Shown piece after piece: positions 54,745 through 64,000 of a stretch of DNA of 64,000 nucleotides. Within the stretch, counting starts at the first letter, position 1, and every line of letters starts with the position of its first letter. Position numbers and translations under genes: made by a program. Below the pieces are notes generated by a model, which was not told the DNA's origin, made no database searches, and saw only the letters and a list, made by a program, of their open reading frames with translations. Source of the DNA: Opitutaceae bacterium (GTDB lineage: Bacteria; Verrucomicrobiota; Verrucomicrobiia; Opitutales; Coraliomargaritaceae); assembly GCA_051252375.1 (NCBI GenBank), contig JBPOFY010000001.1, positions 320,001-384,000 of the forward strand, read 5' to 3'.

Positions 54745-55280
54745 TTAAATAGTCGGAGCAGATCAGAGCCTGCCTCTTGCTCGGCGTCAAGCAACGCGAG
54801 CTTTCTATCTGCTCCCCATCGATAATTTCCTATTGCGCCAGTGGATTGAATGACACGGTGGCATGGTATGAGTATTGAAATGGGGTTGGCGCCCACCGCT
54901 GAACCCACTGCCCGATTGGCCTTTGGTTTGCCTATCGCTTGAGCAATCGACTGATAACTCACACGTTCCCCATGCGGGACATCAATGAGTGCTCTCCACA
55001 CCGCTAGCTGAAATGGTGTGCCTTGTGGTGCGAGATACTGCCACTGAATCGCTGGTGCCAAGGACTGATAGTGAGCAAGCCAGTCCAAAAATACGGTGCG
55101 AAACACACTATCTGCCTCGGGAAGATCTGCTGTTGTATCCTCAAAATGTAGCTCAGTGATTCGTTCGCGTGAAAAATTTGCGATCAAGGTGCCCCACTCT
55201 GTGAGGATTCGACATCCCAATTCACCCGGAGAGGCATATTGAGTCAATGTAGTGAACAAATTATCATTTATACTTGCCAT
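54741..55280 (-). CDS. ogt: Methylated-DNA--protein-cysteine methyltransferase
   Basis: GTPFQ..VW, RAVGSA..NP, PCHRV. Confidence 0.92.
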   Translation of the reverse strand: MASINDNLFTTLTQYASPGELGCRILTEWGTLIANFSRERITELHFEDTTADLPEADSVFRTVFLDWLAHYQSLAPAIQWQYLAPQGTPFQLAVWRALIDVPHGERVSYQSIAQAIGKPKANRAVGSAVGANPISILIPCHRVIQSTGAIGNYRWGADRKLALLDAEQEAGSDLLRLFK

Positions 55281-55338
55281 ATCAGCGCTTCCTTCCAATT
55301 TGAGAGAGTAATCATTTATTAATCATTCAATACATCCT

Positions 55339-56406
55339 ATGGCCGCTAAATCACAAATTCAAAAAACAGTACGTAATCCTGATGCAGATCGCAAAAACCT
55401 CGATTTAGCGATGTCCGGCATCAACAAACAGTTTGGTCCAGGGGCACTTATGCGCCTAGGAGAAGCCACAAAAATGGAGATCGACGTGATTTCTACAGGT
55501 TCGATCGCCATTGACCTCGCTCTTGGAGTCGGCGGTCTTCCCCGCGGTCGTATTTGTGAGATCTATGGTCCTGAAAGCTCTGGTAAGACAACTTTCTGTT
55601 TGAGCGCGATTGCTCAGGCGCAAAAAGAAGGTGGCAACGCTGTCTTTGTCGATGTAGAGCACGCGCTGGATCCTAAGTATGCGAAAATTGTCGGCGTGGA
55701 TTTAGACAATTTGATGGTTTCACAGCCAGAGAGTGGTGAAGATGCACTGAATATCACTGAAACGCTGATTCGCTCCGGCGCTGTGGATATTATTGTCATC
55801 GATTCTGTCGCAGCATTGGTTTCGAAGCATGAATTGGATGGTCAAATGGGTGATGCCACTGTCGGCCTGCAAGCACGGATGATGAGTCAGGCAATGCGCC
55901 GTCTCACCGCTGCGATCAGTAAATCTCAGTGTGTTGTGCTCTTTACCAATCAAATTCGTGAAAAGATCGGTGTCATGTTTGGCAGCCCCGAAACTCAGCC
56001 TGGTGGCCGTGCACTTAAGTTCTTTTCCTCGGTTCGGATGGATATTCGCCGAATTGGTCAGATTAAGGAGTCATCCGGTAAGGTTGTGGGTAACCGCACT
56101 CGTATTAAGATGGTGAAGAACAAAGTAGCTCCTCCCTTCACTGAGTCTGAGTTCGATATCATGTATAACGAAGGCATTTCGCACTCCGGATCTCTAGTAG
56201 ACCTCGGTGTGGAACATAATATTTTGGAAAAGAAGGGTTCATGGATTTCTTATAAGGGCGAAATGGTCGGGCAAGGCCGCGAAGCAGCTAAGACAGCTAT
56301 CCAAGAAGACAAAAAATTGGCCGACGAGTTGACCCAGTTGATCATGGCCAAAGTTCACCCTAAAGGTGGTGATTCCGTTACAGGCACCAGTGAGGCTGAG
56401 GAATAG
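55339..56406 (+). CDS. recA: Recombinase A
   Basis: [35 protein letters not shown]. Confidence 0.98.
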   Translation: MAAKSQIQKTVRNPDADRKNLDLAMSGINKQFGPGALMRLGEATKMEIDVISTGSIAIDLALGVGGLPRGRICEIYGPESSGKTTFCLSAIAQAQKEGGNAVFVDVEHALDPKYAKIVGVDLDNLMVSQPESGEDALNITETLIRSGAVDIIVIDSVAALVSKHELDGQMGDATVGLQARMMSQAMRRLTAAISKSQCVVLFTNQIREKIGVMFGSPETQPGGRALKFFSSVRMDIRRIGQIKESSGKVVGNRTRIKMVKNKVAPPFTESEFDIMYNEGISHSGSLVDLGVEHNILEKKGSWISYKGEMVGQGREAAKTAIQEDKKLADELTQLIMAKVHPKGGDSVTGTSEAEE

Positions 56407-56561
56407 TGTTTATTTTGCGATAGTCCCCTACTCTCCGCCGGCATTTTCTGAATATTGCGTTCTGAGAGGCTTTAAATCCGGTCGATTGTAGACTATCTCA
56501 AAGTAGTCCAGTCACTTGCGAACTTGACGCTGCGCTCGATTACGCGAAGTTAGCGGGTCCT

Positions 56562-57920
56562 ATGCCAGCTTCAGATACCATCGTCGCACTGTCCACACCA
56601 GCAGGCGAATCCGCAATTGCCGTGATTCGTTTGAGTGGTTGCGCCTGCCCTGAGCTCGGGCAGTCGATACTTGGACGCCAAAGCGGTTTAAAAGCACGAC
56701 ACGCTCACTTTGGTATCTATCTGGATATCAAGGGGAAGCGAATTGATGACTGTGTGGTAACTTTGTATGAAGAGGGTAAATCCTTTACTGGCGAAGCCAT
56801 GCTGGAAATTGCACCGCATGGTAATCCTTTGATTGTGCAGAAGATCATGGAGGACTTGATGGCACGTGGTTGCCGACCAGCCGAACCGGGTGAATTTACT
56901 CGAACCGCCTTCATGAATGGGAAAATGGATTTGAGTCAGGCTGAGGCGGTCTCGGATTTAATACGTGCTAGATCTGACAAGAGCATCGAAGTTGCCCAGC
57001 GACAACTGCATGGATCTGTGGGTCGCAAGATGAGTGAGTTGACCGATCGCTTGCTCTCAGTGATGGCACATTTGGAGGCTTATATCGATTTTCCGGAAGA
57101 GGATTTGCCCGATGAAAATCAGTCTGGACCGGCGATGGATTTACGGAAACTCATTAACGAAATCAATGAGTTGATCGAAACACAGCACTACTCCGCCCTA
57201 TTGCATGAAGGCATAAAGACTTTAATTGTTGGTGAACCCAACGTAGGTAAGAGTAGCTTGATAAATGCACTCACTGGCTCTGAGAGGTCGATAGTTAGTG
57301 ACATTCCAGGCACTACGCGTGATTACGTTTCAGCATTTCTTATGATTGGCCCATGGCGTATCGAGATTTTGGATACAGCAGGATTGCACGAGGCGGGCGA
57401 CGTAATTGAGCAGCTCGGAATCAACCACACGATTGAGCAAGCGGAGACCGCGGACTTCTTTTTGTTGATGCTCGATTCGAGTGGCGACTCCCCTACCCTG
57501 CCGGCTGAGCTGTTGACTCGAATGACCGCTGAAAATACAATTGTCGTCGAAAATAAGATCGATTTGGCAGGATCAGTTACGCATGACGCGTTTATGCCTG
57601 ATTTAAAGCACGCTCGAGTTTCGTTGCTTGAGCGAGATGGTATCAGTGAGCTGCGTCAACAATGGCAAGCGTCCATTGAGGCGGGCTTAAAGCAGCCTAA
57701 TGCAGATGGTGTCGTCGTGAATGCACGTCATGCTGCTGCTCTGGGTGATGCACGGGACGCTTTGGAGCTCGCAGCTGAAAAATTGAAGGATTTAGAACTC
57801 TCGGAGTTGGTAGCTGCGGATCTGCGTGATGCGGTCGAGTTTATTGGTCGTGTAGTTGGCAAGGTCGACAACGAGCGCATGCTAGACAGTCTATTTAAGC
57901 AATTTTGCATAGGAAAATGA
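56562..57920 (+). CDS. mnmE: tRNA modification GTPase
   Basis: DTIVALST, GEFTRTAF, GEPNVGKS, GTTRD, DTAG, NKID, FCIGK. Confidence 0.97.
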   Translation: MPASDTIVALSTPAGESAIAVIRLSGCACPELGQSILGRQSGLKARHAHFGIYLDIKGKRIDDCVVTLYEEGKSFTGEAMLEIAPHGNPLIVQKIMEDLMARGCRPAEPGEFTRTAFMNGKMDLSQAEAVSDLIRARSDKSIEVAQRQLHGSVGRKMSELTDRLLSVMAHLEAYIDFPEEDLPDENQSGPAMDLRKLINEINELIETQHYSALLHEGIKTLIVGEPNVGKSSLINALTGSERSIVSDIPGTTRDYVSAFLMIGPWRIEILDTAGLHEAGDVIEQLGINHTIEQAETADFFLLMLDSSGDSPTLPAELLTRMTAENTIVVENKIDLAGSVTHDAFMPDLKHARVSLLERDGISELRQQWQASIEAGLKQPNADGVVVNARHAAALGDARDALELAAEKLKDLELSELVAADLRDAVEFIGRVVGKVDNERMLDSLFKQFCIGK

Positions 57921-59794
57921 GTGGCGGACTAAAATTCGGGCCGAGTCAGCCCTACGATGTGATTATCTGTGGTGCGGGTCATGCAGGCTGTGAGGCTGCG
58001 TTGGCGGCATCGCGGTTGGGCGCGGATGTGCTCATGCTGACTGGTAATCTCGATACAATCGCTCAAATGAGCTGTAATCCTGCTATCGGCGGACAAGCCA
58101 AGGGGCACATGGTGCGTGAAATTGACGCATTGGGTGGTGAAATGGCGATCAATACGGATACGACAGCTATACAGTTTCGTTTATTGAATGCTTCCAAGGG
58201 GCCAGCAGTCCAAGCGCCGCGGGCACAATGTGACAAGAAGGCGTATCAGTATCGCATGAAGCATGTCCTCGAGTTACAAGATAACCTCGATTTGTTCCAA
58301 GCCATGGTTCAAGGCCTGATTTACGAGGGTGGTCGTGTGGTTGGAGTGAAGACTAATTTAGATGTGGAGTTTTACGCGAAGACGGTGGTAGTGACGACTG
58401 GAACCTTCCTGCGCGGCTTGATGCATGTGGGGAAGAATAAAAATGAGGGTGGTCGAATGGGCGATTTCTCTGCAAAGGGGCTCTCCGGGTCGTTTTTGGA
58501 GGCAGGCATTGAGCTTGAGCGTCTGAAGACTGGCACGCCCGCACGTATTTTAGGTAGTAGTATTGATTTTACTAACTTAGAGGAGCAGCTCGGAGACGAA
58601 GAGCCCACGCTGTTTGCTTTCTACGATACGCGAGAAGAACAGGATTTGTTCCACGTGGAACATTTTGGTCAGGAGAAGTTGGGTTGGGCTCCGGGCGAAA
58701 AGCAAGTTTCTTGCTGGATGACTTACACGGGTGAGAAGACTAGGGGAGTTGTGCAGGATAATTTGCACCTCTCTGCGATGTATTCCGGTGAGATCGAAGG
58801 CACCGGTCCGCGCTATTGTCCGAGCATTGAAGATAAGTTTGTGCGTTTCAGTGATAAAGACCGGCATATGCTGTTTTTGGAGCCAGAAGGGAGGAATACT
58901 AACGAATGGTATATCAATGGACTGTCCACCTCGCTTCCTTTCGAGGTGCAGCTGGATCTGCTGCGCAGTATTGATGGTTTGGAAAAGGTGCACATGCTGC
59001 GCCCGGCCTATGCCGTAGAGTATGACTTTGCGCCACCCACACAGCTGTTTCCTTCACTAGAATCGAAGAAGGTAGAGAACTTGTTTTTCGCAGGTCAAAT
59101 CAACGGCACGTCCGGCTATGAAGAAGCGGCGGGGCAGGGTTTGATTGCTGGTGTGAACGCGGTTCAAAAGGTGAGGGGAGGCGAGCCCTTGATTTTGAAA
59201 CGTCACGAAGCTTACCTTGGTGTGCTGATAGATGACCTAGTTACGAAGGGGACGAATGAGCCTTATCGTATGTTTTCTAGTCGGGCGGAACACCGCTTAT
59301 TGTTCAATCATCCAAGTGCTGAATTGCGTTTGATTGGGCATAGTGAGAGGCTGCAACTTATTGATGGTCAGCGTGTTGAGAAAATTAAAGCCAAGGCGGA
59401 GAAGATTCGCTCTTGGGTCGATCGCTTGGAAGTAGAGCGCACTCGCGGTGAAAGCTACGCCTTACATTTACGTCGTTCTCGTTCACAGGAAGATTTTCCA
59501 GATGAATTGAAGACAGAGACGCGTGAGGTGCGTGACGAGGTGCACTATCGTGTTGTTTTTAAGGGATACCTAGAGCGGGAGCTGAAGCAGATTGAGAAGA
59601 TGCGCCATATCGACCACATCCGCCTGCCGGAGGGTTTCGACTTTGGCAAAGTGAAAGGTCTGCGCAGTGAAAGCGCTGAGAAGTTAAAGAAAATTGCGCC
59701 TCTCACCTTGGGGCAGGCCAGTCGCATTAGCGGCGTGAATCCAGCGGATATTAGCATCTTGATGGTTTTCCTAGAGGCTGCATCTCGTAAGTAA
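57917..59794 (+). CDS. mnmG: tRNA uridine-5-carboxymethylaminomethyl modification enzyme
   Basis: GAGHAG, SCNPAIGG, KTGTP, GPRYCPSIEDK, GQINGTSGYEEA; ATGA overlap with mnmE. Confidence 0.97.
   Translation: MSGGLKFGPSQPYDVIICGAGHAGCEAALAASRLGADVLMLTGNLDTIAQMSCNPAIGGQAKGHMVREIDALGGEMAINTDTTAIQFRLLNASKGPAVQAPRAQCDKKAYQYRMKHVLELQDNLDLFQAMVQGLIYEGGRVVGVKTNLDVEFYAKTVVVTTGTFLRGLMHVGKNKNEGGRMGDFSAKGLSGSFLEAGIELERLKTGTPARILGSSIDFTNLEEQLGDEEPTLFAFYDTREEQDLFHVEHFGQEKLGWAPGEKQVSCWMTYTGEKTRGVVQDNLHLSAMYSGEIEGTGPRYCPSIEDKFVRFSDKDRHMLFLEPEGRNTNEWYINGLSTSLPFEVQLDLLRSIDGLEKVHMLRPAYAVEYDFAPPTQLFPSLESKKVENLFFAGQINGTSGYEEAAGQGLIAGVNAVQKVRGGEPLILKRHEAYLGVLIDDLVTKGTNEPYRMFSSRAEHRLLFNHPSAELRLIGHSERLQLIDGQRVEKIKAKAEKIRSWVDRLEVERTRGESYALHLRRSRSQEDFPDELKTETREVRDEVHYRVVFKGYLERELKQIEKMRHIDHIRLPEGFDFGKVKGLRSESAEKLKKIAPLTLGQASRISGVNPADISILMVFLEAASRK
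58647..58662. promoter_or_regulatory. parS centromere site
   Basis: Perfect palindrome TGTTCCACGTGGAACA matching the chromosomal parS consensus. Confidence 0.85.
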
Positions 59795-60008
59795 TGCACG
59801 GGGTATGATTGGGGCGCCACTCTCCACATTGTGTCAATTAAGCGACGGCAATGTGTCGGGGGTGTGAAATTAGTGGCAAATGGTCTCAGCAATGGCTTTA
59901 ATCGTTGACGGAACCGCTTGTTATCTAGGTTTAATGTGAATTGCTTTGTGACGATTAATTCGTTCTGTTCTGGTTCTTCAGAGCAATTTCCACCTAAATA
60001 TTTATAGA

Positions 60009-60710
60009 ATGAGCGCGCCGAAAATTCATCGTATTTTAGTCTTAGATGACGAGCCTGACGTTACTGAATTGTTGCAATACAAATTAGAGCAAGCTGGTTA
60101 CCGATGCATGGTGTTGAATGATCCGCTTACTTTTGTGGCGAAGGTGCGCGAGTTTGAGCCGGACTTGATGATTTTGGATATTATGATGCCTGAGTTGAAC
60201 GGGCTTCAGTTGTGCCGTATCGCGCGAGCAGATCCCGTGATGAAAGATATCCCCATCATTTTCTTAACAGCCAAGGGGGAGGCGGAGGATCGAGTCACTG
60301 GTTTGGAAACGGGGGCAGAAGACTATGTGTCTAAGCCGTTTAACTCCAAGGAGTTACTGCTTCGCATTGGCAATATTTTAAATCGCAGCGTCAAATTGGA
60401 TGATACTGCGGGACAGAAGCGTATCGAGATCGGAGGCGTGTTGATTGACGAGGACTTGCATCAATTACGGGTGGATGGTGAAGAAGTTATTTTGACCGCG
60501 ACGGAGTTTCGTTTGCTGAAGTTGTTGATGGAGCGGAAAGGGCGCGTGCAGTCGCGCGAGCACCTACTGGTCAATGTCTGGCACTATGATACGGATATTG
60601 AAACGCGCACTGTCGATACGCACGTGCGCCGGGTGAGAGAAAAGTTAGGGTCGTATGCACATTTGATTGAGACTATCCGTGGTGTTGGTTATCGTGCGGT
60701 CGATATCTAA
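60009..60710 (+). CDS. OmpR/PhoB-family response regulator
   Basis: LDDE, LDIMMP, LTAKG, KPF, LTATEF, RTVDTH..R.REKL, TIRGVGY. Confidence 0.93.
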   Translation: MSAPKIHRILVLDDEPDVTELLQYKLEQAGYRCMVLNDPLTFVAKVREFEPDLMILDIMMPELNGLQLCRIARADPVMKDIPIIFLTAKGEAEDRVTGLETGAEDYVSKPFNSKELLLRIGNILNRSVKLDDTAGQKRIEIGGVLIDEDLHQLRVDGEEVILTATEFRLLKLLMERKGRVQSREHLLVNVWHYDTDIETRTVDTHVRRVREKLGSYAHLIETIRGVGYRAVDI

Positions 60711-62002
60711 TGTTGGTCTTTCTCTGTATTCTATTTTTTGTGACAACCGTTTGGTTGTTATTCTACATTCGTCGCACGCGTCAGCTTTTGGCTGACCTGG
60801 AGGGGGCGGTGCATGCGCAACGACGTTTATTGCCCGAGGCCTCTGATTTCACAATTAAGCTACACGGCGTGAAGGGCTTGATTGATGAGACGAATGATTT
60901 CATTGATCGGTATCAATTGTATGCGACAGAAAATACAGGGTATTCGAAGCAAATCGAAGCCATGCTACGTGCGGTCCAGGAGGTAGTGGTTATTTTTAAC
61001 GCGGACCGTGAAATTGAATTTTCCAATAAATCCGCCGAATCATTGTTCCATAAGGGCATGTCAATGAAAGGTTTGCGTGTTGACTCGGCTATGCGTTCCT
61101 TGAGCCTGTTGGAGTTTCTTGAGGCATTAAAGGAGGGGCGCCCGGGGAATGAAAATCAAATCAGTATCGAGAAGGAGGGTGAGACTTTGTGGTTTGAGGC
61201 ATCGTGCTCAGAGGTGCGTGGCATCTCCAATCCGAACGCGATGTCATACCTTCTAGTGCTTCATGACATTACGCGCTTGAAGAGTTTGGAAGTATTGCGT
61301 CGAGAGTTTGTAGCAAACGTGTCGCATGAACTGCGCACCCCTTTGACGATTATCAAAGGTTTCGCGGAAACTTTAGTGGACGATGAGAGCACGATCCCAT
61401 CGGAGTCACGCGTGCGGTTCCTCGGTAAGATCCTGACCAATGCGGAGCGCTTGCATATGTTGGTGGAAGATCTTTTGACCTTATCTCGATTGGAATCTAA
61501 GGCGGATCAGTTCGACCCTGTGATGCAGCCTATATTACCACTGTTGGAAGACATCCGGGAAGATTATCAATCGCGTTTGAAGGAAGAGGGGCAGAAGATT
61601 GTGGTGGATGTGGATAATGCGGTGCCGTTTGTGTCGTTTGATCGCTTTCGCATTAATCAGGTGTTGGATAATTTGGTCGTGAATGCCCTCAGGTATGCGC
61701 CTGATTTTACTGAGTTACGTTTGAGCGCGCGTTACGATGCAGCAGAGCAGGTGGTGGTGTGCTCGGTTCAAGACGATGGCCCAGGCATCCCCGAAGATGA
61801 TTTGCCGCACCTTTTCGAGCGTTTCTATCGAGTGGATAAGGGCCGATCAAAGGAAAGTGGCGGCACTGGGCTAGGCTTGAGCATCACGAAGCATATTATA
61901 CAGCTGCATGACGGTAAAGTCTGGGCGGAGAGCAAGCTGGGTGAGGGGACCAAGGTCAGCTTCAGCCTGTCTTGCGCATTGGTTGAAACAAGCGCAGTAT
62001 GA
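60710..62002 (+). CDS. PhoR-like sensor histidine kinase (TM-PAS-HisKA-HATPase)
   Basis: RREFVANVSHELRTPLT, NAL.Y, DDGPGI, FERFYRVDKGRS, GGTGLGL. Confidence 0.92.
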   Translation: MLVFLCILFFVTTVWLLFYIRRTRQLLADLEGAVHAQRRLLPEASDFTIKLHGVKGLIDETNDFIDRYQLYATENTGYSKQIEAMLRAVQEVVVIFNADREIEFSNKSAESLFHKGMSMKGLRVDSAMRSLSLLEFLEALKEGRPGNENQISIEKEGETLWFEASCSEVRGISNPNAMSYLLVLHDITRLKSLEVLRREFVANVSHELRTPLTIIKGFAETLVDDESTIPSESRVRFLGKILTNAERLHMLVEDLLTLSRLESKADQFDPVMQPILPLLEDIREDYQSRLKEEGQKIVVDVDNAVPFVSFDRFRINQVLDNLVVNALRYAPDFTELRLSARYDAAEQVVVCSVQDDGPGIPEDDLPHLFERFYRVDKGRSKESGGTGLGLSITKHIIQLHDGKVWAESKLGEGTKVSFSLSCALVETSAV

Positions 62003-62059
62003 TCAAAGGGGTATCGGTCTTGACCCAGGGTGGGGGAGCTGTGCATAAATCTGCCTAAT

Positions 62060-62656
62060 ATGGAAATTTCAGAAGCACATGCTCGGGAGCTGGAAAAGCA
62101 GGTCGCACGTAAGCAGCAATTGCGTGAGCAAATAAATGGCGAACTCGCTGGAGTGGAGCGCATTCTGTTTGAGGCAGGCTGTGGGCATGGGCATTGGCTG
62201 GCTGATTACGCAGAAGCGAATCCGGAGGTGACCTGCGTAGGCATCGATCTGATTACTTGGCGTATTCGCAAGGGCTTGGATAAGCGCGATAAGCGAAATT
62301 TGAAGAACTTGTTCTTTTATAAGGCCGAGCTGGGGGAGTTTTTAGAGGTGTTGCCTCCACATATCCGTTTCGAACGCACTGTATTACTGTTCCCGGATCC
62401 ATGGCCGAAAGCGAAACACCATCGCCGACGAATGGTGCAAGCTGCATTCTTAGATGAAGTGGCTAAACGAACCGATGCGGCCGGAACCTTTTGTTTTCGC
62501 TCAGACGATCGCCCATATTTTGATTGGACCGTAGAGCATTTGGAGGCCCACCCTGAATGGGAGATTGATGACGCTGCACAGTGGCCTCATGAAACAGAGA
62601 CCTACTTTCAGAGTTTGATGGAGGAGTATTTCTCAGTCGTCGCCCGACGGGTTTGA
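62060..62656 (+). CDS. trmB: tRNA (guanine-N7) methyltransferase
   Basis: [27 protein letters not shown]. Confidence 0.88.
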   Translation: MEISEAHARELEKQVARKQQLREQINGELAGVERILFEAGCGHGHWLADYAEANPEVTCVGIDLITWRIRKGLDKRDKRNLKNLFFYKAELGEFLEVLPPHIRFERTVLLFPDPWPKAKHHRRRMVQAAFLDEVAKRTDAAGTFCFRSDDRPYFDWTVEHLEAHPEWEIDDAAQWPHETETYFQSLMEEYFSVVARRV

Positions 62657-62661
62657 GGAGA

Positions 62662-62889
62662 CTACACGATATCGAGCCAAACGATCAGGACGAGCTGTGC
62701 TGCGAGGGCAATCGCTAGTAGTCCGTAGGCAAATAGCATAAATGTATCGGTTGCGAAGCGACGTTCACGAATAGTAGACGGTCCTGCCTTCGGGGAGTCT
62801 GGGCGCTTCTCGGCGTTGATGACCGCAGAGCTTCCTTTGCGGTCCCTGAGGTGCGCGATGCGGTCTGTGAGGTTGGTGAGTTCCGACAT
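62662..62889 (-). CDS. Small hypothetical protein with C-terminal TM helix
   Basis: 75-aa ORF in an otherwise empty gap. Confidence 0.55.
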   Translation of the reverse strand: MSELTNLTDRIAHLRDRKGSSAVINAEKRPDSPKAGPSTIRERRFATDTFMLFAYGLLAIALAAQLVLIVWLDIV

Positions 62890-63084
62890 ATTATAGAATG
62901 ATCTTGGCGACCTTAGCTGTCATCGCGAGTTTAGTTATCTTCGATATAATTGATAGGTCTCATAAGCTTGGCTTATGTTGGCAGCTAAAAAGTAAATCTA
63001 GGGTTGACGCGTGATTCGTGCAAATACATCAACAGCGCCTTTCATGTGTGTCAATCACACCCTAAACACTCTCTCAAGTTCTTC

Positions 63085-63927
63085 GTGAACAAGCTACTAC
63101 CAACAGTTTTTCTTCTCACCGGTTCGGCTTCAGCTCTTAATGCTGCGGACGGCGTAAGCCCGTCTCCATACACGCTGACAGAAGTTTTCGGTCTTCCGGT
63201 TACTAACTCGATTCTCACTACTTGGGTGATTTCGATTTTGTTAATTGTAGCCATTCGCTTTTCAGTTGGCACACCGAAGTTGATTCCTGGTAAAGGTCAG
63301 GCTGTCCTAGAGAATTTGATTGGCGGTCTGCGTGATTTGCTTCTGCCGATCGTTGGCAAGAAGGCATTCCCATTGGCTTTTCCTTTGTTGATCGGTCTGT
63401 TTCTGTTCATCATGATTCACAACTGGAGTGGATTGATTCCAGGTGTAGGGGTATTTGGATTTTACGATGACCACGGACATTTGAATTATTGGATGCGTCC
63501 TGCCAGTGCCGATTTGAACGCGACTTTCGGTATGGCGCTCGTTGCTATGGCGGCGTGGTTGTTTATCAGTTTGAAGGTAGCGGGCCCTAAGTTTTTCATC
63601 TGGGAACTCTTCGGAAATAAGGCAGACAAGAAGGAAACACCAAAACCGATCTATTTACTATTGGCTCCTATCTTCCTGATGGTGGGTGTGATTGAAGTCG
63701 TTTCTATCTCATTTCGTCCGATCTCACTTTCTTTCCGTCTGTTCGGTAATGTTTTCGGTGGAGAGAATCTTCTTACAAGTATGACAGGTCTGGCACCTTA
63801 CATTGTGCCGATTCCGTTCTACCTTTACGAAGTGCTCGTCGGTGTGGTTCAAGCACTTATCTTTACACTCCTCGTAGCGATTTACATAGGATTGATGACA
63901 AATCACGACGAAGACCACGCTCACTAA
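63085..63927 (+). CDS. atpB: F0F1 ATP synthase subunit a; start uncertain
   Basis: [27 protein letters not shown]. Confidence 0.95.
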   Translation: MNKLLPTVFLLTGSASALNAADGVSPSPYTLTEVFGLPVTNSILTTWVISILLIVAIRFSVGTPKLIPGKGQAVLENLIGGLRDLLLPIVGKKAFPLAFPLLIGLFLFIMIHNWSGLIPGVGVFGFYDDHGHLNYWMRPASADLNATFGMALVAMAAWLFISLKVAGPKFFIWELFGNKADKKETPKPIYLLLAPIFLMVGVIEVVSISFRPISLSFRLFGNVFGGENLLTSMTGLAPYIVPIPFYLYEVLVGVVQALIFTLLVAIYIGLMTNHDEDHAH

Positions 63928-64000
63928 ATTTTAAAACCTTTCCGCGCTCGGGACCATGTAGTAAATCCGTGGACGACGCAGAAATCACTAAATACTAAAC

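Noticed and set aside
55230..55338. Possible SOS box upstream of recA/ogt
   Set aside because: Only a GAACA half-site; no TGTTC-N4-GAACA or other LexA palindrome found.
58647..58662. Alternative reading as a LexA box
   Set aside because: The spacer is N6 rather than N4, the site is mid-gene, and it matches parS exactly.
59930..59960. Possible Pho box before the PhoBR-like pair
   Set aside because: The TGTGA repeats are 12 bp apart, not 11, and degenerate.

Overview
Core-chromosome window of a bacterium whose gene content and protein styles suggest Verrucomicrobiota (Opitutales/Coraliomargarita-like; inference only). It holds about 58 CDSs, mostly housekeeping: acnB, valS, pdhABC, def, rsmG, prfA-prmC, gnd, dnaN, pssA, ispH, miaB, recA, mnmE-mnmG, a PhoBR-like pair, trmB and atpB. 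I saw no rRNA, tRNA, CRISPR or intact transposase. The window very probably contains the replication origin. The 214-bp gap upstream of dnaN has a DnaA-box / GC-run / trio-like / AT-rich layout, but no dnaA gene is present, and the strand bias changes by eye from C-rich to G-rich near it. A perfect parS palindrome is embedded in mnmG. Other non-routine items: two copies of a GTAG-type REPIN with compensatory changes; a frameshifted GxxExxY nuclease gene enclosed by 29-bp inverted repeats just upstream of prfA; heptamer-repeat hairpin relics in every pdh spacer; a phased TGTTCCAC x4 array; an IspH with an extra Nudix-like N-terminus; a pseudo-SDR with Arg-rich and histone-H1-like tails; an antitoxin-less RelE-fold gene; a Cys-poor OmcB-like lipoprotein; and an AbrB-Doc toxin-antitoxin pair.
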